From NCBI GenBank assembly GCA_963827235.1, contig CAWHAE010000012.1, positions 896,001 to 960,000 of the forward strand: 64,000 nucleotides of DNA, read 5' to 3'. This DNA is from an uncultured bacterium (GTDB lineage: Bacteria; Chloroflexota; UBA5177; JANWHV01). Positions 19,719-28,450 of this stretch are shown piece after piece; position 1 is the stretch's first letter, and each line of letters begins with the position of its first letter. The notes beneath the pieces are model-generated. The model was given only the letters and a program-made list of their open reading frames with translations, ran no database searches and was not told the origin of the DNA. A program made the position numbers and the translations under genes.

Positions 19719-20852
19719 ATGGCCAGCACGGGAACAGTTGAGATTCGTCCGGCAGCGGGTCGTGTATACGGCTTCGCCAACCTGATCTTGCTGCTGCTGC
19801 TCGCGGTTGCAATCGCCGCCCTATGCACCGTGTATCTCCTGCGCTACAGGCAATCCGCGGCGCCGGCGTCCCCCGCTCCCGTCCCTTACCTCGCGCTGGT
19901 AGTGCAGGACTCCAGTGTTTGGACGGCCGGACCCGGAGTGCAGCCGGTAGCCAGGCCGAACCCCGGTGTGCCGGGCGTCTGGCGCCTGGTCCGTGCGGCC
20001 GGCGACGGCAGCGGCCTGATCGTGGTCTCGCGGCAGTCTGGCACGGACAGTCTCTACCTCGTGCGTGCTCTCGATCGCCCGGCCCGGAAGCTGGCCGGGC
20101 CTCCACGAGCGTATGGCGTTGGACCCTGGCGCGTAGCGGACGCGACCTGGATCGGCTCCACAGATATCATCACGCTATGGAGCGCCGGGAGCTCGTCGGA
20201 ACGCGACCTGATCGCAACGTACTCCATTGACGAAGCGAGACCACATGCCGAACAGTGGATTCGCTTGCAGGCGGCGGCCGGTCGGGCGGTGTCCCTGTCG
20301 CCCGATGGACGGCAGATTGCCCGTATCGAGACGCTGCCCGGCGCGAGCGGGTTTGCCGGTCAGGTGCAGGTGCGGCTGCGCCAGGTGTCGGGCAGCCGAT
20401 CGACCATTGCCCTGCGCTACCTGGGCAGCACCGCGCCCTCGGCAGTGCTGTGGTCGTCCGACGGCGGCACGCTCGCCATCGACGTGCCGGGACAGGGACT
20501 CAGCATCCAGAAGTCGAGTGGACGAGCCGTCCATCAGACCTCCAGCGGATCCCTGCCCGCCGCGTTCAGCCCGCGGGGGGCGGCCATCGTCTATGCGGGC
20601 GGCAGCGCCAGATCCATGCGCATCCACGTGCTGAATCTGCACGGCGAGGTAGAGAACGTGCTGGCCCCTCCAGGCCACGGCTCGCTGCAGGCGCTCGTCT
20701 GGACGCCGGACGCCCGCGCCGTGGTCTGCGAGACCGGCGGAGTGATCTACCAGATCGATCCCGCTACGGGCGCGGAGCAGAGACTGCCCGGTACCGTGCC
20801 GGGCGTGCTGGCCGGAGCAGTCCCGGTGGCGTCCTCCTTGCTGCGGAAATAG
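19719..20852 (+). CDS. Membrane-anchored TolB/WD40-like beta-propeller protein
   Basis: N-terminal TM; repeats SLSPDGRQIA, WSSDGGTLA, FSPRGAAIVY, WTPDARAVV. Confidence 0.7.
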   Translation: MASTGTVEIRPAAGRVYGFANLILLLLLAVAIAALCTVYLLRYRQSAAPASPAPVPYLALVVQDSSVWTAGPGVQPVARPNPGVPGVWRLVRAAGDGSGLIVVSRQSGTDSLYLVRALDRPARKLAGPPRAYGVGPWRVADATWIGSTDIITLWSAGSSSERDLIATYSIDEARPHAEQWIRLQAAAGRAVSLSPDGRQIARIETLPGASGFAGQVQVRLRQVSGSRSTIALRYLGSTAPSAVLWSSDGGTLAIDVPGQGLSIQKSSGRAVHQTSSGSLPAAFSPRGAAIVYAGGSARSMRIHVLNLHGEVENVLAPPGHGSLQALVWTPDARAVVCETGGVIYQIDPATGAEQRLPGTVPGVLAGAVPVASSLLRK

Positions 20853-21070
20853 CAGCCTCCAGGCGCCGCTGGCAGGGGACGGGCCGGGTAGCCAGCGCGG
20901 TGGGTCGCGGGTGGCACGTTGGATACCGCGACTCTTGGCGGGAGGCATCCTGTGCCGCGCGCCTGCCACGCACACTCCCGACAAAGGCTATTCAGTGCCG
21001 ATGGCATTGCCCAACGAGCGGGGCGTGCCATGCAGTCGCCGGTAACATGACCATTGAGCGGCTTTCCTCA

Positions 21071-21099
21071 CTGACCTGAGAAAACCGCTGTGGTACAAT
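21071..21099 (+). promoter_or_regulatory. Promoter of htpX-pspAB
   Basis: CTGACC-17 nt-TACAAT with an extended -10 (TGgTACAAT). Confidence 0.55.
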
Positions 21100-21191
21100 C
21101 CGAATGAACCTGAAGCCGATCTTCGCTGGGGGACTCTCAGCCGGCTTTTCGACTAATGGCGCCTACCGGCGCGAAGAAGGACCAAACGACA

Positions 21192-22094
21192 ATGGCAGCG
21201 AAACGTTGGTATGGGCGAGATACACAGCTCACGCTAAGGATGGGCTTCACGCTCTTCCTGCTTGCGTTGCTGTACACCGTGTTTCTCGCAGTGTTATTTG
21301 TGGCTACCGGCAGCTTTGTCCTCCTCGTGTTCGTGGGTGCTGCGATGGTGCTGTTCCAGTACTTTGCCTCCGACAAGCTGGTGCTGCTCAGCACGGGCGC
21401 CCACGAGGTTACGCCGGCGCAGGAGCCCGAGCTCTATCGCATCATCACGCGGCTCTCGCAGCTGGCAGACTTGCCGACCCCGCGTGTGGCCGTCATGGAG
21501 ACCATGGTGCCCAACGCCTTCGCGACCGGGCGGAGCCCCAAACATGCCGTGATCGCCGTCACTCGCGGCATCACCCAGCTCCTCGATCCGCAGGAGCTGG
21601 AGAGCGTGCTGGCCCACGAGATGAGTCACATCAAGAATCGCGACATGATGGTGCTCACCTACGCCAGTCTGTTCGCCAGCGTGGCCTCGTTCATCGTGCA
21701 GATAGGTATGTGGACCGGCTTCGGCATGAACGACCGCGACGATCGGAACGGCAACTCGGCCGCCGTGGTCTTCCTCGTCTCGGCCCTCGTGTGGGCGATC
21801 AGCTTCTTCCTGCTGCGGGCCCTGTCGCGCTACCGCGAGTACTCGGCGGACCGCGGGTCGGTTCTGCTGACCGGCACGCCGGCCACCATGCGCTCGGCCC
21901 TGCTCAAAGTGAGCGGCACGATGCAGCGCATACCCAACGCTGACCTGCGCACTGCACAATCGATGAACGCCTTCTTCATCGTGCCGCAGGTCAAGAATGC
22001 CGCCGTGGAGGTATTCAGCACCCATCCGTCGCTCGAGCATCGCTTGGCGCGGCTCGAGGCGATGGAGCGGAACATGAACAAGCTGGGCCGGTAG
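21192..22094 (+). CDS. htpX: Zinc metalloprotease HtpX (M48)
   Basis: PNAFATGR, HEMSH (HExxH), SRYREYSAD, FSTHP. Confidence 0.95.
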   Translation: MAAKRWYGRDTQLTLRMGFTLFLLALLYTVFLAVLFVATGSFVLLVFVGAAMVLFQYFASDKLVLLSTGAHEVTPAQEPELYRIITRLSQLADLPTPRVAVMETMVPNAFATGRSPKHAVIAVTRGITQLLDPQELESVLAHEMSHIKNRDMMVLTYASLFASVASFIVQIGMWTGFGMNDRDDRNGNSAAVVFLVSALVWAISFFLLRALSRYREYSADRGSVLLTGTPATMRSALLKVSGTMQRIPNADLRTAQSMNAFFIVPQVKNAAVEVFSTHPSLEHRLARLEAMERNMNKLGR

Positions 22095-22099
22095 CGCCC

Positions 22100-22672
22100 G
22101 TGAGCTTTCTCGACAAGCTTCTGGGTACGACCAAGCCCGTCGCCTCCAAGACCGAAGGGCTGTTCGCCATCTCGACTGCCGTGGTGACTATCCAGGTGTC
22201 GCTGCACCTGGAGCCGAGCAAGGAGGCGGCGATCTGTTTCGGGTCACTCGAGGCCCTGCGGTTCGAAGAGATGCAGCGGGACATCAAGGACCTGCTGGCC
22301 ATTCGAGCCAAGGACACCGGCGCCCAATCGCAGATGCGCTCGTTTTCCGACACGCTGGGATTCCAGTGGGCGATCATCCGGACCGAAGACTTCGAGGATC
22401 TCGTGACGACGATCCACATGGTGAGCGAAGAGCTGCGATCGCGCGGCTACAGCGATCGGCTATCTGCCGCCGTGTTCAAGTTCACCGGCGAGGGCCAGAA
22501 CGTCTACTGGATGTACAACTACAAGCGCGGCAAGTGGTATCCGTTCGTGCCGAAGGGCGAGGGCACGCGCGACAACGCCTACGAGCTTCGCCTCTCCACT
22601 CTGATGGGCGGCGAGATGCCAATCGAGAAGGAACTCGAATACTGGTATCCCATGTGGGGCATGCCGGTCTGA
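22100..22672 (+). CDS. PspA-associated protein PspAB
   Basis: MSFLDKLLG..P, LFAISTA, YWMYNYKRGKWYPFVP, RDNAYELRL, WYPMWG; directly follows htpX. Confidence 0.85.
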   Translation: MSFLDKLLGTTKPVASKTEGLFAISTAVVTIQVSLHLEPSKEAAICFGSLEALRFEEMQRDIKDLLAIRAKDTGAQSQMRSFSDTLGFQWAIIRTEDFEDLVTTIHMVSEELRSRGYSDRLSAAVFKFTGEGQNVYWMYNYKRGKWYPFVPKGEGTRDNAYELRLSTLMGGEMPIEKELEYWYPMWGMPV

Positions 22673-22695
22673 CCGCGCGCCGGGGGCGGGAAACA

Positions 22696-22731
22696 GAAGG
22701 GGGTGCTGCCCTTGACGGCAGCACCCCCTTC
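22696..22731. terminator. Hairpin between convergent Psp operons (likely bidirectional terminator)
   Basis: 15-bp perfect stem GAAGGGGGTGCTGCC-cttgac-GGCAGCACCCCCTTC. Confidence 0.8.
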
Positions 22732-22753
22732 GCGCTTCAAGCACGCGGAGCGG

Positions 22754-23032
22754 TTATCCCGGGATCAGCCCGTCCTCCTTCAGAGTGGCGACAATCTCTT
22801 CATACGTGAGGTCGCCGGGCGGGAGGATGGCATCAGAGGGCACGATCTCTTCGTCTCTCACCGGACTCCCCTGGGATTGCACGAACGCGATCATCTTGTA
22901 GAGCAGGCTGGTCACTGCCTGCTCGTCATGGCGCGTTACCGCGTCCTGCAGCTGCGTGTCCAGAGCATTGAGCCCATCAACCACCGCGCCCTGCAGCCGG
23001 TACTGGCCGCTGCCTTGCACTCGTACTATCAT
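22754..23032 (-). CDS. PspA-associated protein PspAA (copy 2)
   Basis: MIVRVQGSGQY...SDAILPP..LTYEE....GLIPG. Confidence 0.88.
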   Translation of the reverse strand: MIVRVQGSGQYRLQGAVVDGLNALDTQLQDAVTRHDEQAVTSLLYKMIAFVQSQGSPVRDEEIVPSDAILPPGDLTYEEIVATLKEDGLIPG

Positions 23033-23203
23033 CGATGCTGTCCGCTTTCACTCTCCGTGGGACCTCGAAAGAAGGAGCTTCACCCGGTTGGGCTCATGGC
23101 AGATACGGTCCCCACGACACATGTCTCCGGGATTGCACGGCCGGAGCCCGACCAACCGCCATGCCGGGCCGACTCGCGCGAACTCGATGCCCGGCACGCT
23201 CGC

Positions 23204-23497
23204 TCACGAGGCCGGATGGCCCGAGCCAACGAGATCTTCACCTTCCAGCAGAGCTTGAACCTCTTCGATGGTGATCGTGTCATGCGGCAGCACCGCATCG
23301 GACGCCACGAGCTCGGCCAGTCCGACGGGAGTGCCTTTGTGCCGCACAAGGGCAATCATCTCGTCCAGAAGCCGGTGCGTCCCCACGTCGTCCCTGGCCT
23401 CGACCGCGGAATACAGGCTGCGGTCGAGATCGTGCAACGACTGTTCAGTGCTATCGGAGAGGATATATTGCCCGCTCCCCAGCACTCGCACGATCAT
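23204..23497 (-). CDS. PspA-associated protein PspAA (copy 1)
   Basis: MIVRVLGSGQY...SDAVLP...IEEV; ATGA-coupled to pspA. Confidence 0.85.
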   Translation of the reverse strand: MIVRVLGSGQYILSDSTEQSLHDLDRSLYSAVEARDDVGTHRLLDEMIALVRHKGTPVGLAELVASDAVLPHDTITIEEVQALLEGEDLVGSGHPAS

Positions 23498-24243
23498 TGG
23501 CCGTTTCCCGTGCTCTGGCCCAGTTGCTTTGGCGGTTCCGCGCCCTGACCCAGCTGGGCCTTGAGCGCGGCCAGCTCGACGTCGACACTGCTTCCAGCGG
23601 ATATCTGGTCGAGTTGCGCCTGCAGATCGTCTCCCGGGCCGAGCACGTCGGGCAGCGTACCGGCCGCAGTCAGCTCGCCAATCGCGTTGGCGCGCGCCTG
23701 CATTGCCGTCGTCTTGTCTTCAGCGCGCTGGATGGCCGCGTTGACATCGGCCATCTCCTCGGACAGTCCGCTGGCCGCCTCGCTGATTCTGACCTGGGCT
23801 TGGGCCGCGGTATACTGCGCCTTGATGGTCTCTTTTCGGGTCTTGAAGGACTCGATCTTTGCCGCCAGGCGCTGCTCGCCCTGCTGCAACTGCGCCTGCT
23901 GCGCTTCCAGCGTCTCGACCTGAGCCTGCATGCTCGTCACCTGTGTCTGCAGATCAGACTTCCGTTGCAGCGCCAGACGGGCCAGATCCTCGCGGTTGGC
24001 CGCCAGCGCCTGCCGTGCCTGGTTGTCGAACTTCGCGGAGTCCTGCTGGAGCTTGGTCAGCTGAAGTTGCAGGCGAGACTTCGCAGTGACCACGTCGGCT
24101 ATGCCGCGGCGCACTTTCTGGAGCTGTTCGATCTGCTGCTCGTAGGAGTAGTCGAGTGTTTCGTTCGGATTCTCGGCCGCATCGAGAGCGGAGTTCATCT
24201 TGGCCTTGAATATCGTCGAGATGCGGCCCAGCACGCCTGCCAT
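23494..24243 (-). CDS. pspA: PspA/IM30 family protein
   Basis: RISTIFKAKMNSALDAAENPNETLDYSYE, REDLAR.AL, long coiled coil, VDVELAALKAQL. Confidence 0.93.
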   Translation of the reverse strand: MAGVLGRISTIFKAKMNSALDAAENPNETLDYSYEQQIEQLQKVRRGIADVVTAKSRLQLQLTKLQQDSAKFDNQARQALAANREDLARLALQRKSDLQTQVTSMQAQVETLEAQQAQLQQGEQRLAAKIESFKTRKETIKAQYTAAQAQVRISEAASGLSEEMADVNAAIQRAEDKTTAMQARANAIGELTAAGTLPDVLGPGDDLQAQLDQISAGSSVDVELAALKAQLGQGAEPPKQLGQSTGNGQ

Positions 24244-24327
24244 CAGAACCTCCCTGTTGACGCAAGTGACGTCATCACGCCGCGGGACGGCAGCCAAGAA
24301 TGCGTGGCGCCAGCCTGTGGCCTTCCT

Positions 24328-24355
24328 ACTATAACATTAGTCTACCGTCGGTAGA
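24328..24355 (-). promoter_or_regulatory. pspA extended -10 promoter with an adjacent palindrome
   Basis: Minus strand TGtTATAGT; perfect palindrome TCTACCG-T-CGGTAGA at 24341-24355. Confidence 0.5.
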
Positions 24356-24596
24356 AGAGTGACACGTAGCGCTGCCGGAGAGGCAGGCACCGGCGCGGCG
24401 CCGGTATCCAGGCACGCCGGCGGCAGGTCTGGATGCGAAATGCGTCGATGGAGGCAGCGCCGGTCCGAGACTTGCCGGATATCGCGTGACGGTCTCAACT
24501 CGGGGCACAGAGAGCCTGCCGACGCGGACGAGGCCCCGACGGGGCTGCCTGCGCGCAGGCTCTCCGCGCTTCTGCACGGCAGGAACGTGACGGTGC

Positions 24597-24977
24597 TCAG
24601 TCGGTCGGCGCGGCTCCATCTGCCTCGATCCCGGCGTCGCGCCGGCCATCGAAGAACTCGATGTCGCGCTGCAGGAGATCGAGGCTGAATCGTTTCTGCC
24701 CGTCGTTTCCGATCCATTCGCGCGCTTCGAGCCGGCCACGCGACAGCACCCGACTGCCCTTCTGCAGCCGCTCGCCGATTAGCTCTGCCTGCTTGCCCAG
24801 CGCCGTGACGGAGATCCACATCGTGGTCTCGGCCTGCGCCGCGTCGCTGGCGCTCCGGTTGCGGCCGTTGACCGCCAGCCTGAAGCGGGCCCGAGGTGTG
24901 CCGTCCTGCAGGAACGAGATCTCAGGGTCGCTGCCGAGGTTACCGATGAACTGACAGCTGTTGCCAAGGTCTGCCAT
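24597..24977 (-). CDS. ssb: Short single-stranded DNA-binding protein
   Basis: IGNLGSDPE, FRLAVN, T.W..V..LGKQAE, KGSRV..GRL..REW. Confidence 0.9.
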   Translation of the reverse strand: MADLGNSCQFIGNLGSDPEISFLQDGTPRARFRLAVNGRNRSASDAAQAETTMWISVTALGKQAELIGERLQKGSRVLSRGRLEAREWIGNDGQKRFSLDLLQRDIEFFDGRRDAGIEADGAAPTD

Positions 24978-25076
24978 GGTGCATGCGGGCAATCGATGGA
25001 CTGCCCGGTTCCTCCCTTCATGTCGCTTACCTACGTGTGACGCTTCCCGATCGGGGAGTACGGCTGCCGACCTCTC

Positions 25077-25105
25077 TATAGTAAAACATTTGTTCTAATA
25101 AAGCA
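25077..25105 (-). promoter_or_regulatory. ssb promoter with a LexA (SOS) box in the spacer
   Basis: Minus strand TTGCTT-17 nt-TACTAT; the spacer holds AGAAC-AAAT-GTTT (GAAC-N4-GTTY, 25084-25095). Confidence 0.75.
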
Positions 25106-25217
25106 AGTGGTTTCTCCACCTCTGGTATGTTATGAACTGAGCACCACCCTTCAGCGCCGCGGCGATTGGGACGGATTACTGCCATCCGACCCGGCGGCGC
25201 CGTCTCGAGGAGGCGCC

Positions 25218-26261
25218 ATGGAAACCATGGATTCAATAGATAAGCTCATCGTCAATTCCCTTCAGGAAGAGTTTCCCCTCGTCTCGCGGCCATTCGCGGC
25301 CGCCGGCGCTCCGCACGGACTGTCCGAAGAGGAGGTCATTGCTCGTCTGTCGGCCGTTAAAGAGATGAACGTCATCCGCCAGATCAGCGCGATTTTCGAT
25401 ACGCGCACCCTGGGCTATCGCAGCAGCCTGGTAGCCATGCGCACGACCGCCGAGGACGAGCTGCATGCCGCGCACGTGCTGAACGAGCATCCAGGAGTCA
25501 GCCACAACTACAAGCGCGACCACGAGTTCAACCTGTGGTTCACGATTGCCGCTCCCGGTCACAGCTCGCTGGAGCGCACGGTGGAGGTGCTGCACGAGCG
25601 AGCCCGGGCCGTATCGACCCGCCGGCTGCCGACCCTACGCCTTTTCAAGATCGGCGTCACGCTGGACATGACAGGAGAGGAGAACCCAGCCCGCCAGTCG
25701 GAGCCTGCCTACGGCGAGTTTCGCCGGCCGGCCACGCCGCCGCCGCTCGACGAGACCGACATAGCCTGGATTCGCCTGCTGCAAGAGGATCTGCCTTTGA
25801 CGCCGCGTCCGTTTGAGCAACTCGCACACTCGATTGGGCGCCGCGAAGATGACCTGTTCGCCTGGGCGGCAGAAGCCATCCGGCGCGGGCAACTACGCCG
25901 CATCGCCGCGGTGCTGCATCACCGGAAAGCAGGATTCCGTGCCAACGGCATGGCGGTGTGGAAGGTGCCGGAGGACAGGATCGAAGCGGTGGGGAATCGC
26001 ATGGCGCACTTCACCTCGGTCAGCCACTGCTACCAGCGCCCAACCTACCCAGACTGGCCATACAGCGTATTCTCCATGATTCACGCGCGCACCGTGGACG
26101 AGTGTGAGGCGGTTGCCGGGGCGATTGCCCAGGAGACGGGGATCACCGAGCGCGCCATGCTGTACAGCTCGACTGAATACCGCAAGGTCCGCCTGCGCTA
26201 TTTCACGCCCGAGTTCGACCAGTGGGAGGCCAAATACCTCGCCGTGGCCGCGCCGGCCTAG
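25218..26261 (+). CDS. Fused siroheme decarboxylase AhbA-AhbB (NirDL-like, tandem AsnC-like halves)
   Basis: LQEEFPL..RPF, FDTRTLGYRSSL, GVSHNYKR..FNLWFT; second half HRKAGFRANGM.VW, VSHCYQRP..WPY..FSMIH, YSSTEYRK. Confidence 0.88.
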   Translation: METMDSIDKLIVNSLQEEFPLVSRPFAAAGAPHGLSEEEVIARLSAVKEMNVIRQISAIFDTRTLGYRSSLVAMRTTAEDELHAAHVLNEHPGVSHNYKRDHEFNLWFTIAAPGHSSLERTVEVLHERARAVSTRRLPTLRLFKIGVTLDMTGEENPARQSEPAYGEFRRPATPPPLDETDIAWIRLLQEDLPLTPRPFEQLAHSIGRREDDLFAWAAEAIRRGQLRRIAAVLHHRKAGFRANGMAVWKVPEDRIEAVGNRMAHFTSVSHCYQRPTYPDWPYSVFSMIHARTVDECEAVAGAIAQETGITERAMLYSSTEYRKVRLRYFTPEFDQWEAKYLAVAAPA

Positions 26262-26277
26262 GCCCGGCCGATCTGCC

Positions 26278-26991
26278 CTAGCCGCCGCGCTCGACGGCAG
26301 CTACGGCAAGCACGGCCGCGTAGACGCGCCGAGCGCCGGATCGGCGCAATGCTTCCGCGGCTGCACGAAGCGTAGCACCCGTGGTGCACACGTCGTCCAC
26401 GAGAAGGAAGTCTTTGCCGGCGCAAGATGCCGCATCGGCCGCGAAGGCGCCCTGTATGTTGCGTGCCCGCTCCTCGGCGCTCAGACCGACCTGCGGCGGC
26501 GTGGGCTTGACGCGCCGCAGTACGGACTCCGCCGTCGGCATGTGGTATCCGGCGCCCACGGCTCGGGCAAGCAGAGCCGCCTGATTGTAGCCGCGTTGAC
26601 GCTGGCGACGGGGATGGAGCGGGACCGGCACGAGGATGGGGTTCATGGACACGAAGGGACCGACGGCCCTGTCGAGCACGCGGCCGAGATCGTGCTCTGC
26701 CGCCCTCCTGCCACCATACTTGAAGCGGTGGATGGCGGCGCGCAGCGGATTGTCATACGTGCCTGCCGCCCTGACATAGAGCAGGGCCTGGCGACGGCAC
26801 CTGCATACAGGATAGTCGGGATCGACCGTCATTCCGCAGCCCGGGCAGAGCGGATCGTCGAGGCGCGGCGTGGCAGCCAGACAGGCCGGACAGAAGAACG
26901 AGCCCAAGTCGCCGCAGCCGAGACAGCGAGGCGGAAACAGCAGGTCGGCCACGGCTTTCAGCGGACCCACCGGCGTCGCTCTCCCGATCAT
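26278..26991 (-). CDS. comF: ComF family protein (zinc ribbon + PRTase)
   Basis: LLFPPRCLGC, CPAC, CPGC, PVPLH..R..RGYNQA, LVDDVCTTGAT. Confidence 0.92.
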   Translation of the reverse strand: MIGRATPVGPLKAVADLLFPPRCLGCGDLGSFFCPACLAATPRLDDPLCPGCGMTVDPDYPVCRCRRQALLYVRAAGTYDNPLRAAIHRFKYGGRRAAEHDLGRVLDRAVGPFVSMNPILVPVPLHPRRQRQRGYNQAALLARAVGAGYHMPTAESVLRRVKPTPPQVGLSAEERARNIQGAFAADAASCAGKDFLLVDDVCTTGATLRAAAEALRRSGARRVYAAVLAVAAVERGG

Positions 26992-27038
26992 CGCATTACG
27001 CGGGCCCGCCCCGTCCCGGGTGGGCCCGCAGCCGATCG

Positions 27039-27395
27039 CTAGATATCCTCCAGCACGATCACGTCGCCCTCGACCGTGCCGGTACGCGCGGCCGTTCCGG
27101 CGGGCACCTCGATGGCCATCCGGCACTTGCGCACGAACGGTCCCAGCCGCCAGGGTTTGATGCCGTGCAGCACGCGAAGTACCTTGCCCTGCCCGTCCGT
27201 GTGCACGACGTCCAGCGCGAAGCGCATGAAGAACATGTGGATCGGCTCGCCGGACAGGATAACCATTCCGCCGCCCTCGGGCAGGCTCTTCCTCAACATG
27301 AGGCCCGCGAACTTGGCGAAGAAGCTCGATGCGACTTCGGCGTCCGTGGCAAGGCATGTCCCGCGCGTGCTGTTCACGATCTTCACGTGTGCCAT
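27039..27395 (-). CDS. DUF192 family protein
   Basis: VASSFFAKFAGLM, IHMFFMRFALDVV, KPWR, IEVPAG. Confidence 0.9.
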   Translation of the reverse strand: MAHVKIVNSTRGTCLATDAEVASSFFAKFAGLMLRKSLPEGGGMVILSGEPIHMFFMRFALDVVHTDGQGKVLRVLHGIKPWRLGPFVRKCRMAIEVPAGTAARTGTVEGDVIVLEDI

Positions 27396-27659
27396 GCGCC
27401 GTCACCTACTCCCCGCGCTGCCGGGCCGGAGAATCCCGGAGAGGCGCGGCCACTGTCGAGCTCGCGCAGGAACACCCCTCCGTCACAACAACCTGTAGCA
27501 TAGCACGCCATCACCGCAACGCGACTTGTCTCCCGGCATACCGCCGCCTTTACCTGTATCCAGGGAGCGCGCATCCCCGATGTTGAGCATGCTCTCGACT
27601 CGGCCTTCGCCGCACAGGGGGGCATTGTCAATCCGACTGGGTTGTGCTACAAGTAATAC

Positions 27660-27935
27660 ATGACATCAGTTGGAGTTCGCGAGCTACGACAACGCGCGAG
27701 CGAACTGCTCAGGCTGGTCGCGCAGGGCGAGATCATCGAGATCACCGATCGCGGTCGGCCTGCAGCGCACCTCGTCCCGGTGCCGACCGGTACCGCCCTT
27801 GAGCAGATGCGTGCGGCCGGCGAGATTGACCCGGCCTCAGCGGATCTTGACGATCTTCCTGAGCCGCTGGTCTTGCCCGATGCTGTAGAGACGCCATCGG
27901 CTGCTCTCGCCCGGCTACGTCGTGACGAACGCTGA
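27660..27935 (+). CDS. vapB: Phd/YefM-type antitoxin (VapB)
   Basis: VGVRELRQRASELL..V..GE.IEITDRGRPAA.LVP. Confidence 0.92.
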   Translation: MTSVGVRELRQRASELLRLVAQGEIIEITDRGRPAAHLVPVPTGTALEQMRAAGEIDPASADLDDLPEPLVLPDAVETPSAALARLRRDER

Positions 27936-27938
27936 GCG

Positions 27939-28331
27939 ATGGCGGCCACCTATCTGGACTCATCGGCCATTGTCAAGCTGGCCGTTCGCGAGCCACAGTC
28001 CGACGCCCTGCGGCGGTACTTGCGTCACCGGCGCCCGCTGTTATCAAGCGCGCTGGCGCGCACGGAGGTGCTACGGGCCCTGCTGCCGGGCGGAGAGTCG
28101 GCCGTGGCCGCCGGTCGGCGTGTACTCGAGCGGATTGATCTGGTACGAGTGAACGACCGAATACTGAATCTGGCCGGCTCACTGCCGCCGGTTGAACTGC
28201 GATCCCTGGACGCCATCCACCTGGCCACCGTCACACACCTTGGCGCCGAGCTGAGAGAGATCGTCACCTACGACGAACGAATGGTGGCAGCCGCACGCTC
28301 GATGGGCCTCAAGACTGCCACGCCGAGCTGA
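27939..28331 (+). CDS. vapC: VapC PIN-domain toxin
   Basis: YLDSSAIVKL..EPQS, TEV.RA, LRSLDAIHLAT, TYDERM. Confidence 0.93.
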   Translation: MAATYLDSSAIVKLAVREPQSDALRRYLRHRRPLLSSALARTEVLRALLPGGESAVAAGRRVLERIDLVRVNDRILNLAGSLPPVELRSLDAIHLATVTHLGAELREIVTYDERMVAAARSMGLKTATPS

Positions 28332-28450
28332 TCCGCGCTATCCCCGCACACAAGAACTGCGTGGTGGCGTCCAGAGAAGTTCGGTCTCTCAGCGCCAATT
28401 ACTCTTGCACCTGCGCCAATGACTCTGTCGTCCTACACAGAACAGGCTGC

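Noticed and set aside
24509-24564. Nested hairpin GAGAGCCTGC...GCAGGCTCTC downstream of ssb as an ncRNA
   Set aside because: More simply a terminator-like structure; no family features.
27400-27500. GCCACTG suggesting a cobalamin riboswitch
   Set aside because: Wrong strand for the adjacent DUF192 gene, and the other B12-box elements are missing.
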